Shown: one piece after another, positions 1-12,349 of the stretch
Numbering within the stretch: the stretch's first letter is position 1
Layout of the letters: each line of letters starts with the position of its first letter
Source: Azolla caroliniana
Taxonomy: Eukaryota; Plantae; Polypodiophyta
Assembly (NCBI GenBank): GCA_043228905.1
Contig: JBHGNT010000016.1
Coordinates: 1,426,001-1,490,000 of the forward strand
Direction of reading: 5' to 3'
DNA length: 64,000 bases
Translations under genes and position numbers: made by a program
The notes under the pieces: generated by a model
Database searches by the model: none
What the model was told of the DNA's origin: nothing
What the model saw: the letters and a program-made list of their open reading frames with translations, nothing else

Positions 1-854
1 TGTTCCAAGTATGTCTTTTCCACCCTAGGAACCTTATTAACCATTTAAAAGATGTCACTTTTGTAACAAAGATCTCAGGAACTTATAAATACATGTAGAT
101 TTTAGTAACCTATTTTCTAAGAAAATTGCTAGGTCATGCTCGTTGTTGGTCACATTGTGCATACAAAGCCACAAAACATAGTTAAATGTAACTCAATGAA
201 AAAATCATTTCATAACAAATGGCAAAATGCCCAAAAATACTTGAAGGTTTTTTCGGAAAAAAATACTTGAAGGGCTAGGTTTAGTGAAAGATAAGGAAAA
301 CCAAATGCAAAATTTGAAGGAGACTAAAGGAGAAACTTGTTGAAAGTTATTGTAACTTTTCTTTTATTGACTTCGGTATGCATTATAAGAACTTATATAT
401 GAGCATAGTTCCTAATATTCGCGTACGTCCAATTTATTGGACGTACGTGAACGTTTGCAAACGTACGCGTATGATACGCGATATTCGTTTGCCAATTTTT
501 TTTTAATTTTTTGGTTTTTTTTAAAAAAAAATTGGGGTTTTTTTTGGGTGTTTTTTTTGGGGGTTTTTTTCTGATGCGTTAACGTTGTGAGAGTCGAGAG
601 TCGAGACTGAGGATCCGAGTGAGTCGTGAGTCGTGAGTCTGAGTCTGAGTCTGATTTTCTGAGAGTCTGAGTCTGAGAGTTAGAACTTAGAAGCAGAGGC
701 ACACAGAGAGAGATTTGTCTGTCTAATTTGAGGAGGAGATAGGAGAACTAATTGCTGCAGCTGGAGCCTGGAAACTAATTACGTACTACTCTCTCAGCAG
801 CGCAGCAGCAGCCACAGGTATGTACTCCCACCTTCCCATTCGTCTGCACTTACT

Positions 855-1025
855 GAGCAATATGCTGTGCAATTTCTCCGAAATTGAGCAATATGCTGTG
901 CAATTTCTTCTTCATTTTACACAATCTAAGTGCAATTTCTCCGAAATTGTGCAATATGCTTTGCAATTTCTCCGAAACTAAGCAATATGCTGTGCAATTT
1001 CTTCTTCATTTTACACAATCTAAGT
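855..1025 (+). repeat. Short tandem repeats inside the hAT 5' region (probable 5'UTR intron)
   Basis: About four copies of GCAATATGCTGTGCAATTTCT, downstream of a CAG|GTATGT donor-like site near 818. Confidence 0.6.
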
Positions 1026-1602
1026 GGAGTCGTGGACTGAGGTGAAAAACAAAAAAATGCAAAGATGTGTATATATTGTTTGATCAAGTTGTTTTAAATT
1101 TACAAGTGTGTATATATTCTCTTAAAATGTGCAAGATGGCTCACTAAATTTTACAAACCATGAGGGAATGAAGTTTCCATTGTCTCAAAGCTATCTTCAT
1201 TGCTTTTAAAAAATCATGTCATCTTTATTTCAAAGAAAGATAAAATAATAAGGCATGCATACTTTGATGTGTACATCTTCCGCTTCGCCTTAAGCTTTGG
1301 CAAAAGATGTTTTTGTGTATGTACTATGGACAATTTGTTTGCAAATCTCCTTGGAAGGACATGTTTGCAATTATCATACCAAACAAATTTCACCTTGTTC
1401 AAATGTTTTAATATTTGCATTCTAAGGTGAGAGAATCATTCTAAACTTTGAGAAGGAAAAGCACTTCAAAAGGATTGTAGTTTTATTAAATCAATGTAAT
1501 TGTAGTTTTCTAATGTTTTTTTTTTATATTCATATCAATGTGATTGTAGATTTATTAACTCACTTACTAAATTGTTGATTTATAAATCAATGTGATTGTA
1601 GT

Positions 1603-3663
1603 ATGGGCAAACAAAAGAGCTTTTTATGGGACCACGTTATCGTCGTGAAGAGAAACGATAAAGGAATGCATATAAATGAATGCAAACATTGCAAGCACGT
1701 GTTTGCTGGTGGTCCACACCGAATCAAAGCCCATCTTTTGGGGCTAAAAGGACAAGGTGTGGATAAATGCCGCAAAGTCACTGGAGCAATAAAAGATGAG
1801 ATAAAGAAATTGATATTGGATGTGGATGCTCATGAAAGTACTAATGCTAATGAAAATTCTATTGCAGAAAGTGAGAATAATGTCGATGTAAGTACATCTA
1901 ATGCCAATGTTGTGCCACCTACTTGTGCATCTGTAGTTGACATGTCATCTTCATCATGTAAGAAGAGGAAAATTGAGAATACTAGTGGATCCTTACAAAT
2001 CTCTTGGCAAAAAAGTTTGAATAAGAATGCCGATGAATCAGTGAGAAGATTCTTTTTTGTAGAGGATATTCCACATCTTAAGGTTGATAGTTCCTTTTTT
2101 CATGATATGGTTCAAGCAATTGCAAAGGCTGGTCCGTCATATAAGCCACCAAGTTCTTTCCAATTGGGAAAGAGGCACTTAGATGAAGAAGTAAAAGTTG
2201 TTGAAGATAAACTTTCATGCATCAAAGAGAAATGGAAAATATATGGATGCACTATAGTGAGTGATGGTTGGTCAGATACTAGAAGTAGACCAATAATTAA
2301 TGTTCTAGCTTCATCAATGTTTGGTTCAATGTTTTTGAGGTCGGTGGATACAAGTGGAGAATGTAAAACGGGGGAGTATATCTTTAATATTCTAAAAGCT
2401 ACCATTCTTGAAATTGGCCCAACAAATGTTGTGCAAGTATGCATGGATAATGCATCAAATTGTGTGGCAGCGGGACATATGATAGAGAAAGAGTGGCCCA
2501 TGATATTTTTTACTCGATGCACATGTCATTGCCTTGATTTGTTGTTTGAGGATATAGGAAAATGTGCTTGGGTTAATGATGCTTTGAGATTAGGTATGAA
2601 GGTTACTACGTTCATCACAAGAAAGCTATATGTGCTTGCAATGTTTCGCAAGTTTAGTAAAAAGGAATTGTTGAAGCCTTCTACTACAAGGTTTGCTTAT
2701 AGTTTCATTGTGCTATCAAATTTGTTGGATGATAGAGTGTATAGTGGTTTAAGAAGAATGGTAGTTAGTGAAGAATGGTGCCAATGGAAGGGATCTAAAA
2801 CTCAACATGCAGAAGAAGTAGTTTCGATAATATTGAATGCTTCCTTTTGGTCAAATGTAAAGATGATAGTGGAAATATGCTCACCAATTTTAAAAGTGTT
2901 GCGATTGGCGGATAGAGAAGGTGCAACAATGGGGTTGATATATGAATGTACACGAAGAATGATAGAAGAAATAAATAAAATGCAAGGAATCAATAACATG
3001 TTGCTTGATGAAATTAGAGGATTATGCATGGATAGATGCAAAATGTTACATTCACCATTACATGCAATTGGATACCTCTTACATCCAATTTGGTGGGAAA
3101 ATTCTCAAGTTTTTGATAATGTGGTGAATGCTAGTTGGATAGACACCATTATGCGATATGCAAATGGTGACATTAAGATGCAAGGTAATTTATTAGATGA
3201 GTGTCATGCTTATAAAACTAAAGAGAAGGGTATTTTTCAACTTCCACCTTCAAATGATCCTACTAGAATGAAAGATGGTGTTAAGTGGTGGGAATTATTT
3301 GGAGGAGAAACCCCAAATTTAAGTAAACTTGCAATACGAGTGCTTTCTCAAGGTACTTGTGCATCTCCATGTGAGAGAAATTGGAGTACCTTTTCATTGA
3401 TACACACTAAGAGGAGAAATAGGTTGAGTCATGATCATATAGAGAAGCTAGTATACTTGCATACAAACCATCGTCTATTAAAGAAAGTCAAAGAAAGAGA
3501 TTCATGCCGTATAGAAGTGACTTTGGATATGATTAATAAAGAAGAAGATGATGATAGGCTTTTGGTATTGCAAAGTCAACATGCAACTATGGTTAATGAG
3601 GATTTTGACGAAGATGATGATGATGGGCAAGATGTTAACTTTGACAATGCACCTCAAGAGTAG
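1603..3663 (+). CDS. hAT transposase (BED zinc finger, DUF659-type RNase H fold, C-terminal dimerisation domain), 686 aa
   Basis: W-x-H...CKHC...RIKAHL (BED finger); IVSDGWSD, VCMDNASN, CTCHCLDL, TTRF, WWELFG...LAIRVLSQ..ASPCERNWS motifs; uninterrupted ORF. Confidence 0.95.
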   Translation: MGKQKSFLWDHVIVVKRNDKGMHINECKHCKHVFAGGPHRIKAHLLGLKGQGVDKCRKVTGAIKDEIKKLILDVDAHESTNANENSIAESENNVDVSTSNANVVPPTCASVVDMSSSSCKKRKIENTSGSLQISWQKSLNKNADESVRRFFFVEDIPHLKVDSSFFHDMVQAIAKAGPSYKPPSSFQLGKRHLDEEVKVVEDKLSCIKEKWKIYGCTIVSDGWSDTRSRPIINVLASSMFGSMFLRSVDTSGECKTGEYIFNILKATILEIGPTNVVQVCMDNASNCVAAGHMIEKEWPMIFFTRCTCHCLDLLFEDIGKCAWVNDALRLGMKVTTFITRKLYVLAMFRKFSKKELLKPSTTRFAYSFIVLSNLLDDRVYSGLRRMVVSEEWCQWKGSKTQHAEEVVSIILNASFWSNVKMIVEICSPILKVLRLADREGATMGLIYECTRRMIEEINKMQGINNMLLDEIRGLCMDRCKMLHSPLHAIGYLLHPIWWENSQVFDNVVNASWIDTIMRYANGDIKMQGNLLDECHAYKTKEKGIFQLPPSNDPTRMKDGVKWWELFGGETPNLSKLAIRVLSQGTCASPCERNWSTFSLIHTKRRNRLSHDHIEKLVYLHTNHRLLKKVKERDSCRIEVTLDMINKEEDDDRLLVLQSQHATMVNEDFDEDDDDGQDVNFDNAPQE

Positions 3664-4981
3664 AGAGGCGTGGATTAACAATTAGTACTATAAATTTAGA
3701 GGTTAGAGCTACTTTCTAGGTTAATGTTCATGTTTGAAGTTTTGAACTTTGGATAAATTTTGGTTCATGTTTAGAACTTTGGATGCTATTTTGTTAGTTT
3801 TCAATGAATTTAAGGTCTTGATTTTTGTCTATAAAAATCTTGATTATTTTCTATTTTTTATATTTTTTAAAAAAAATTTAGAGTAATAAAAATAAATATA
3901 AATATAAATATAGACGAATGGATTCCAATCATACTTGGAACCATTTCACGTATGAGTATGATACGAATATTCACGTATGAGTATGACACGTTTGAGACGT
4001 ATGGCTAGAACTATGTATATGAGCAATAAAATGTGGGATAGATGATATTTTACTATTCTTTTTTGTTTATTCCTACATCTTTATTATTTAGGATGTATGC
4101 ACAAAGCTTCTAAGTTTGCCATTGCCAATTGGCAAGGCAAAATATCTTCAAGATACTAAGAAACAAATGCCCAAATGGGTGAGAAAGAAATCACACACTT
4201 GGATATGTGATAAGTTGAATTGTGCACAACATGCCATACTAATTGAAGCACAAGCTTGATTAGATCTTTATATGAAGGAGAGAAATGTAGATAATGTAAA
4301 CAATTGTCCAACAATCATGGTTGATTATGTTATAAAAAATTATCTAGAATTGTAATGAAAGAAAAGTTTAGTGCATAGTTTGAATGTAATGATAAAATAG
4401 CTTATAGACAAACTAGTTCATGAGAGCACGATAACATCATCGATCACATAACGTCATGCTAACAATCAATTTTTTTGATAGGAAAATGATTGAATTGTTG
4501 CTTTATGGACGCCATGGATGTTTTTTATATGGTGTGACGCCATATCAACAACTTCGGAGTAATGAGCAACATTGGAAACACATGATAGAGCTCAAAGTAC
4601 TAAGTGAATGGTTGCAATTTCTTGAATCTACGAGAAGGTGGTATGTCGTATGTATAGAAGATGGACTTCCAAAATTTTTAACTCACACTTATAATATTGT
4701 GCAAGGATGTTGACTACTTCCAAATCTATTATGTTTGTACATTGATGAATTTTCAAAGCAAGAAGGCATTACTGAGGTTACCAATAGGAAGATAATTATC
4801 ATGCTTTTTGTACATAAAAATTAGGTAGCAATCTAAAAAAGTACTTTATAAGATACTCAAAAACTTCCAAGTGTATTAGAAAACTTATGTGTGTACTATA
4901 ATTTGAGTATCATTAGCTCTTTAAAATAAAGGTTATGCTTATGAGGACTCAAAATAAGGATAAAACACACATTTTGTACAA

Positions 4982-5294
4982 GGGAAAAGTACCATGATAC
5001 CCCTAGAAGTTCGTCTATTTACCAGAACGTCCCTGGAAGTTCCAAATTTACCAAACTACCCCTATGTCCAAAAAATTACACTTTATAAAGTAATTATACA
5101 CTCAAATCTACAAGCCCTATTTACCAAAGATGGAAGAAATGGACCCAAACTAGCCCTATTTACCAAAGATTTGAGTGTTTAATTACTTTATAAAGTGTAA
5201 TTTTTTGGACATAGGGGTAGTTTGGTAAATTTGGAACTTCCAGGGGCATTTTAGTAAATAGACGAACTTCCAAGGGTATCCTAGTACTTTTCCC
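4982..5294. mobile_element. Mutator-like MITE (fold-back)
   Basis: ~125-bp terminal inverted repeats (GGGAAAAGTAC.../...GTACTTTTCCC); perfect 9-bp TSD TTTGTACAA (4973-4981, 5295-5303). Confidence 0.9.
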
Positions 5295-6815
5295 TTTGTA
5301 CAATTACGATCCACTTGAAACAACACAAAGCTTTAAACACATTGTATGCATTTGAGGCCATATGAAATGGAGGAGAAATCAAATGTTGGATTGTTAAGCC
5401 CGCCCTTATGAAGTTTTGCCCACTCAAAGATAGGAATATCATATTTGCCCCTAAATCTTGGGAGTGGATTGATTTTCATCAAGATGAAGGAACTTGAAAT
5501 GGTTCTTCCTATTAAACATATTCTTTTGAGATAACCATCACAATATTCCATGAAGACACCTTTTTTTTTCCAAAAAATGGTTGGGAGCTAGTAAAAGTAC
5601 AAAAAGGTCTTGTAAGAACAAGTAAGCCTTTGTGTGTTGTGTGATTGATAAAGTGTTTCCATATAGCCTTGATTACCCTAGAAAAACACAAAGGGTTGGC
5701 ACCCTAAGGGTGAGCACCTGTGTACTACAAAATCCTAAGAACAATACAAAAGGCCTCAAAGTCAATATGATTCCAATGATTCTCAGTGAACATGTGCACC
5801 ACTATTTTCTAATGATTATATTGCCGTTTATGACAAGTAATTCACAATGCTCATTTCTCTCTTTACGATATGACAACATTACTTGAATATTATAAGGTCA
5901 TGGTTGTCGTACTATCTTAAGTTTAATTACAAGACCTAATTGTAGATTCTAAGTCGATGAGAGTTTGGTAGCTAAAGAAGTTACGTAGAGAAATTGTCCT
6001 TTTAACAATTGTAGGAGCATCAAGTAAGAGTCATGTGTCATTTGATTGATGAAGTGCACTCCTAAAACCATGATTACCATATAAGAAAACAAACACAAGG
6101 AACCGACGAACCTCCTAAGGTTGAGGGCTTTATGTGTTAAAGTCAAAGACTAGGGGTAATGCAAATAGGACTCACATGAATCTTTGCTAAACACATGCAA
6201 TAATATTGTCTTCTTATTTTTTCAATTTTGATAAATAATATGTTGTTTTTGTTTTGTCCCAACACAAACTCTATGAGATCATTGGTGATGAAAGGAATTT
6301 TCAAGCGCTTGATGAATTTTTCAGAACAAGGCCATGTAGAGAAAGTTCTTGTGATTGACGAAGGAGTTCTCGGAACAACTAAAAGTCGTGTGTCATTTGA
6401 TTGGGGGAAGGCACCGCCTAAACCATGTTTTACGTAGACAAATAGAAGGAATTCAAAACCTAAGGTTGGTGGTAACCTAAAGGGCCAAGGACCAATAGGA
6501 TTTAGATGACTATTCTTGAATGTATGCAACAATTTTGTCTAATTATTTTGTCAATCATGATTAATAATGAGTAGTGTTTGTTTTTTTCTTGAAGAAACTC
6601 TATTTAAGGTTATTACTTGATAAGTTGTTGAATATTATATGTACTGTGGCCTCACAATCATAGAGTTATTATAAAATCCTTGACCGTAAAACGTGGTCCT
6701 TGCATTTTAATATATAACATGTGAATTTTTTGATATATTTGACAATGATGTATGAGTTAGGCCACGTATTTGTAGCACATGGACGAATGGTCTCATTGAC
6801 ATTATTATCTATCAA

Positions 6816-6819
<4 letters not shown>

Positions 6820-6869
<50 letters not shown>

Positions 6870-6875
6870 TCTCTA
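6820..6875. repeat. (CT)n microsatellite upstream of PR-1
   Basis: Near-perfect CT dinucleotide run followed by a TATATATA tract (possible TATA box). Confidence 0.9.
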
Positions 6876-6994
6876 TGTCTATATATATACATAATATCAT
6901 CCAAAAATAATACAACATACACATAAAACACTGGGAAGTTAACATAGGACACATGCAATAATAGTTTGAAGTTATTATTGAATAACCACTTAAT

Positions 6995-7531
6995 ATGATG
7001 AAGAACCAACACCTTGCCTTTATTCATTATGCATTACTCACTCTTCTATTTGTGTTGATGGATTATTCCACAAGTGGAGTTGCCCAATCTATAAAAGACC
7101 AGTTCCTAAATGCACACAATGTGGAGCGACAATCATTGGGCATTCCAGTTCTAGTGTGGAATGACACATTAGCAACCTATGCCAACCAATATGCTGTAAG
7201 CCAAGATAAACCCCAAGCTGGTTGCTCAGGCGCACTTGTCCACTCGAATGGTCCTTATGGCGAGAACCTATATTGGTATTGGACTAGCACTGGAGTTGTT
7301 GCAACCCCTAATCAGGCAGTGCAAGATTGGATTTCCGAGAAACGCAATTACAACTACCAAAACAACACTTGTGCTGTTGGTAAACAATGTGGCCATTACA
7401 CTCAAGTGGTATGGGCCAAGACACGTCATCTTGGATGTGCTATTCGTGCATGCACCTCTAACACTGGTGCAACATACATCATATGTAGCTACAATCCTCG
7501 TGGAAACATTATTGGTCAACGCCCATACTAA
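6995..7531 (+). CDS. PR1: Pathogenesis-related protein 1 (CAP/SCP superfamily), secreted, intronless
   Basis: Hydrophobic signal peptide; HN..R, W...LA.YA, HS.GPYGENL, CGHYTQVVW, LGCA, ICSYNPRGNIIGQRPY; conserved Cys pattern. Confidence 0.95.
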   Translation: MMKNQHLAFIHYALLTLLFVLMDYSTSGVAQSIKDQFLNAHNVERQSLGIPVLVWNDTLATYANQYAVSQDKPQAGCSGALVHSNGPYGENLYWYWTSTGVVATPNQAVQDWISEKRNYNYQNNTCAVGKQCGHYTQVVWAKTRHLGCAIRACTSNTGATYIICSYNPRGNIIGQRPY

Positions 7532-7902
7532 TTATTCATCTAATATTTATACATATCAACATACTACTAGTGTTCCTACACCAATAAATTACACATGCTT
7601 TGTAATTCATCTCACCTAAGCAATAATTTACCCTGCTTTGTTTCTATGTAATTGCACCCAGAATAAACTCACTATAATTTATTCACATTTGATTCTATTT
7701 AATTGCATATCATCTCTATTCATAATGAGTCAAAGTAATTTCCCGACTTTCCTATGCTTTTCTTTGGTGAATTTTTATGCTTGTTATTTAGTAAGATAAC
7801 TATTGTCTCATTTCTAAAAGTAGCCATAATTTATAGAAGGTATAGGTATTATAATTATGAGATCTGAAATTTGGTTTTCTAGTTTTTGAAACTGAGTGAA
7901 AC

Positions 7903-8280
7903 TTACCCAATCTTAAGATAAAAAGGGATAAAACGATTATAAAACACAATAAAAATGAATAAGAATATGGTAAAACATAATAAAAAAGGATAAAAATATG
8001 ATACTTTTCATATTCATAGTAAACATTAGGATGAAGTTTGACGTACATTTACAAAAATTTAAATGGCTAGCATTTCTTTGCGAGTATAAATTACCCAATC
8101 TTTAGATAAAAAGGAATTAAACTATTATAAAACACAATAAAAATGAATAAGAATATGGTAAAACATAATAAAAAAGGATAAAAATATGATACTTTTCATA
8201 TTCATAGTAAACATTAGGATGAAGTTTGATTTACATTTACAAAAATTTAAATGGCTAGCATTTCTTTGCGAGTATAAATT
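7903..8280. repeat. Tandem duplication of a ~188-bp AT-rich unit
   Basis: 7903-8090 and 8091-8280 are near-identical (TTACCCAATC...GAGTATAAA). Confidence 0.9.
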
Positions 8281-8801
8281 ATTTGACACTCTTCTTTAAG
8301 CCCCCCCCTAGACGTTCTACCCAAATATAATTACCATGTTATATCCGGCTTAAGAGAATGTTTGTGTGCATGGCATGATATTGTCATTCTCATTTTGTTA
8401 TTTCCAGAGAATTGTCTTCTCAATATATACATGATACAAGCCTTTGGACATCTCTTTCCATTAATACCAAGGTGAATATATCTATCTATCTATCTATCTA
8501 TATACATACATACATGCATGAACCCATCTCTTTGTACACAATGTAGGCCATTGCTTCATGCATGATGCAACCTAAGTAACATTGTCACTGACGCGAGATG
8601 GGGTGTATGGACATTACTAACCAAGGAGTTTCTTCAACTTTGCATATTTTACCTTCAAAAAGTTTTTTAAGTTTAACTCATATTTGAGTATTTTTTTCTT
8701 ACATTTTTCTCATAGCCACAATGTTAAATAGTAACATTCTTGAACATTCAAAGTTACTAGTAAACTCCATTTTCAAATCACATGGCTAGGCTCAAGAGTC
8801 T

Positions 8802-9279
8802 GTTTCCCTTAAAAGTTAAGCTTCATATAAGAAGTAAGGTGATTCTTTGGTCATGGCATCTCAGATACAGAGTGAGGTGTTACCAATTGCATATGCTTTC
8901 ATGCCCATTAAACTAAAACTGAACTATTGCCGATTCCTATGATTGGTTGCTAAGAATGATTTAGAGCCGATTTAGATGGATGTAAATTTATTTTCTTACA
9001 TGGAGATCTTGAGGAGGAGATCCATATGGAATAAACCGAAGTGTTATGAGGTTCGTGGAAAAATGCATTAGGAATGTATGCTCAAGAAGAGCTTTTATGG
9101 ATTTGTGTAGTTCCCTAGAAAGTGGCACCAAAAGTTTGATGCCTTTATGGAGTCATACGATTATAGTAGAAGCAATAAAGTTCTTATTTCTACACAAAGA
9201 AATGTCTAAATGGAACTTATGCGATTTTGATACTCTTATGTGGATAACATGCTCATTGCCAGTAAAAACGAGGATGTGT
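8802..9279 (+). pseudogene. Degenerate Copia RT fragment preceded by a MITE end; duplicate of 19966-21020
   Basis: Broken MDV..FLHGDLEEEI.M..P motif and YVDNML-like motif; colinear with 19966-20208 plus 20798-21020. Confidence 0.7.
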
Positions 9280-10553
9280 TGTCGTGAAGATTCGTCACTA
9301 TGTGCGGATTGTGAGACGGAACCGCCGAGGTTCTGGACCAAAAGGACTCGAAGATTGCACTAGCTTTAGTGAGAAAGGAATTAAGATAGATTGAAAGAGA
9401 GAGAGATTGAGATAAGATAGAATGCTTGACTCTAGATTGAGAGAGATTAAGATTGAACTCTTGACTTTAGATTTGAAGAACAAGATTGATACCTCAATTG
9501 GATATCGAATTTCTTACTTTTAATTTCTTGATTAATACATCAATTGGATAACGAATTTTATTCTTAATATTTTAATTTTAATTTTGATATAAAGTACAAA
9601 GCTCTCCTTTTGATCTTTTTCATCCACCCTTTTATAAATGCTCCCATGCATATGATGCATGTGAGGGTACAAGACATGCATACAATGCATGAAATGCATG
9701 AAATGCATGTGATGCATGTTTGCCATTTGGCGCTCACGTATCACATGTCAATCAAGCTCTAATATGAGGATTTACATGTAAAATTATAATGATATGCAAC
9801 CCATTTCTAAAGAAATGACATAGCCTAGTGGTAAGTCTATTGCCTTCTATCTTGGAGGTGCAAAGTTCAAGTCTTGCTTGCATCTTTTCTTTTTATGCAC
9901 AAAATACTATTAGGCTTTTGGACCAAATATCTTTAAGACACCATGCACCGCGATCAACCGACTCGACCGATCCGTCCAATTTGCATTCGTTTGGTTTGAT
10001 TTGGTCCGCATCCCAAGTCGCTTGCTGGTCACCGGTTCCGCCGGTTCCACTAGCTCACCGGCTCTAACGCCGGATGCTGCCTGTTCCGAATCGGCTCACC
10101 GATTGCCGAACGCATCCGGTTGCCAGCTCCATCCAGTTTCCAGTCCTGTTATCGGCCGGTTTGAGTTTCTTCACCAACCGGTTCGGGCACTTAGCCACAT
10201 CCGATGACTTAGCCACATATGTCCATCTAGACAAAAGTGGCCCAAGTCCAACTATTTCTTATGTGCTGTTTTAACACATAGATGAAATATGATGGATCTC
10301 AATCTTCTTATATAGTTGGAGCCTAAACTTTTCCTATCTATGTGGGATATTTCACAGTTTTATTTTTCTCTTTTTCTTTTGCAAAACTTCATACCCACAT
10401 AACTTGACACTTAGATGTCCGTTTCTTATGTAGTGAAGTGCATTCGAAAGCTCTTCAAGACCTCCATCTCTTTGTACGAAGATATTAAACTAATTTCAAA
10501 TTAGTATCTTCACTATTATTGTTTTATCCGATTCATACTCGATTTCGTATGTT

Positions 10554-11729
10554 TTATGCGATTTTCACACCATTGCCGAAGTTTTTAGAATGAGTGTGGA
10601 GGAACCCATACGATTCCATCGTTCGCCTTTTTCGTGCTGCACTTAGCCATTTCCATCTTAAAGTTGCTCGAATCAGCATTGACCTTTGCTTCCTTGCCGC
10701 CGTTGCTCGAATCAGTATTGACCTTTGCTTCCTCGTCGTCAGCTTCCGTCTCTTGGGTCTTACATCGGTTAACGCCCAAGTCTCTAGAACTATTGCGGGG
10801 AAAGGCTCTTCATGGCCATTCACCATCTTTGTATTGACGTCATTTTCCATAGCTATCTCTTCAAAGTCATGGGCCTCGTACCCATCGATCCTTTTTACTG
10901 AGCAATCCTTTATTATGCTTCTCTCTTTGTCGCATGTATTAGCTTCGACCTTCGGTTCTTCGCCATCACCTCCGGTCTCTTGGGTCTTACATCGGTTTTC
11001 GGATGCAATTGCCCAAGTCTTTGGAACAAGTGTGGAGAAAATTTGGCCGTCATCATTGTCTGTATTATCTTGGTCCTTCTCTTCCTTTTCGCCACCATCC
11101 GTCTCTTGGGTCTCATGTTGATTCCGGGACGCAACTGCCAAAGTCTCTAGATGAAGTGTTAGGAAAGTCTCCACATGACCATCCGCCATCGACTCGTCCA
11201 TAGCCATCTCCGACTTGATGTCGTTTTTCGTGGCTATCTCTTCAATCTCATGGGCCTCGTACCCATTGACCTTCTTGATCGAACAAGCTTCGATTATCCT
11301 TCTCTCTTCGTCGCATGTATTCGTTTTGACCTTCGGCTCCTCGCCAACACCTTCCATCACTTGGGTCTCATGTTGGTTCTTGGACGCAACTACCCAAGTC
11401 TCCGGAACATGTGTGGAGAAAATCCGGTCATGATTGTTGTCGACGCTTATTGTCTTATTCATAGCCGCCTCCTCGATGTTGATTTTAGTGGTGAGATCCT
11501 TCATCATGTCGATCTCACACTTTTTATCTCCCTTAATGCAAGCTTCGATTTGGCTTGCTCCATCATCCGTTGTTTCGAACACAACGCATGTTCCGAAACA
11601 TTTGTCCTCCCTCAAAGTGGCCTTCTCCGTCCTCGAGTCATCATGAATCTTCTTTTTATGTTGGATGCGTTGTTTAGGCGTCTCAACTTCTTTAGATGGT
11701 TTTGATTTTTCTACGCTTGGTCTTACCAA
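10554..11729 (-). CDS. Acidic, internally repetitive 391-aa ORF of the LTR element, function unknown
   Basis: Repeated module F.T.V.ETWA.AS.N..(E/K)TQE.....EE.KV present 3-4 times; follows gag. Confidence 0.5.
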   Translation of the reverse strand: MVRPSVEKSKPSKEVETPKQRIQHKKKIHDDSRTEKATLREDKCFGTCVVFETTDDGASQIEACIKGDKKCEIDMMKDLTTKINIEEAAMNKTISVDNNHDRIFSTHVPETWVVASKNQHETQVMEGVGEEPKVKTNTCDEERRIIEACSIKKVNGYEAHEIEEIATKNDIKSEMAMDESMADGHVETFLTLHLETLAVASRNQHETQETDGGEKEEKDQDNTDNDDGQIFSTLVPKTWAIASENRCKTQETGGDGEEPKVEANTCDKERSIIKDCSVKRIDGYEAHDFEEIAMENDVNTKMVNGHEEPFPAIVLETWALTDVRPKRRKLTTRKQRSILIRATAARKQRSMLIRATLRWKWLSAARKRRTMESYGFLHTHSKNFGNGVKIA

Positions 11730-11794
11730 GTTATTATATCATCGAGCAATCGATGACGCCTGTCGATCTTGTTGCATGCTTGCTTCACCGCAAC

Positions 11795-12349
11795 CTAGTC
11801 CGCCACAAGCCCGTTCGCTTGGGTATCATCTTTGAGGAGAGTTCCCAACTCTCGCCTATCCTTCATGTCCACAACTTTCAAGAAGTACAAAGTCTTGTCC
11901 TCCTCAAGTAGCACTTGGTCCGTGGTGGGGAGACGACGAAACATTTGGTCGAACTCGTCGTACACCCTTGAGGCGCTCATCTTCTTATTTTTCTTCTCTA
12001 TCCACCTCATCAAGGTATGTCGAGTCATCCTCGACAAATCTTTCGTCATGAACTCCGCTAATATTGATCTTTCAAACTCTGACCACATTGTCTTGCCTTC
12101 TTGAAGCTCGATGACACGTCTTTGGATGTTGTTGGCAACAACTCTCTTGAAGCTTGCGATTTGACGTGCTTCGGACACGTCCCTTTGATTCATCTCCCTT
12201 CTATATGCATCAAGGAACTTCGTAATGTTCCTTCCGTCAAATTGACCCTTGAGCTCAACGACACGATCGACAACCTTCTCCACGCTCGCATTGTTGCGGG
12301 TGGTAAATACTTTAAAAAGTCTTTTGTTTGGAATATTGTTTCGATTCAT
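11795..12349 (-). pseudogene. Retrotransposon gag fragment
   Basis: FDGRNITKFLDAYRREM...W.EFE..IL.EF...D..R, the same motif family as FNGKNATTYLEAYRAEM at 33573. Confidence 0.7.

Larger units (their letters stand above)
404..4015 (+). mobile_element. Complete hAT-superfamily DNA transposon
   Basis: TIR CATAGTTC (404-411) / GAACTATG (4008-4015); perfect 8-bp TSD TATATGAG (396-403, 4016-4023); subterminal TACG/CGTA motifs at both ends; internal transposase ORF. Confidence 0.95.

Noticed and set aside
412-702. 96-aa minus-strand ORF
   Set aside because: Translation of low-complexity subterminal sequence of the hAT element
5300-6530. Possible degenerate L1 ORF1
   Set aside because: Only faint motif hints, with no TSD or tail; too weak to call
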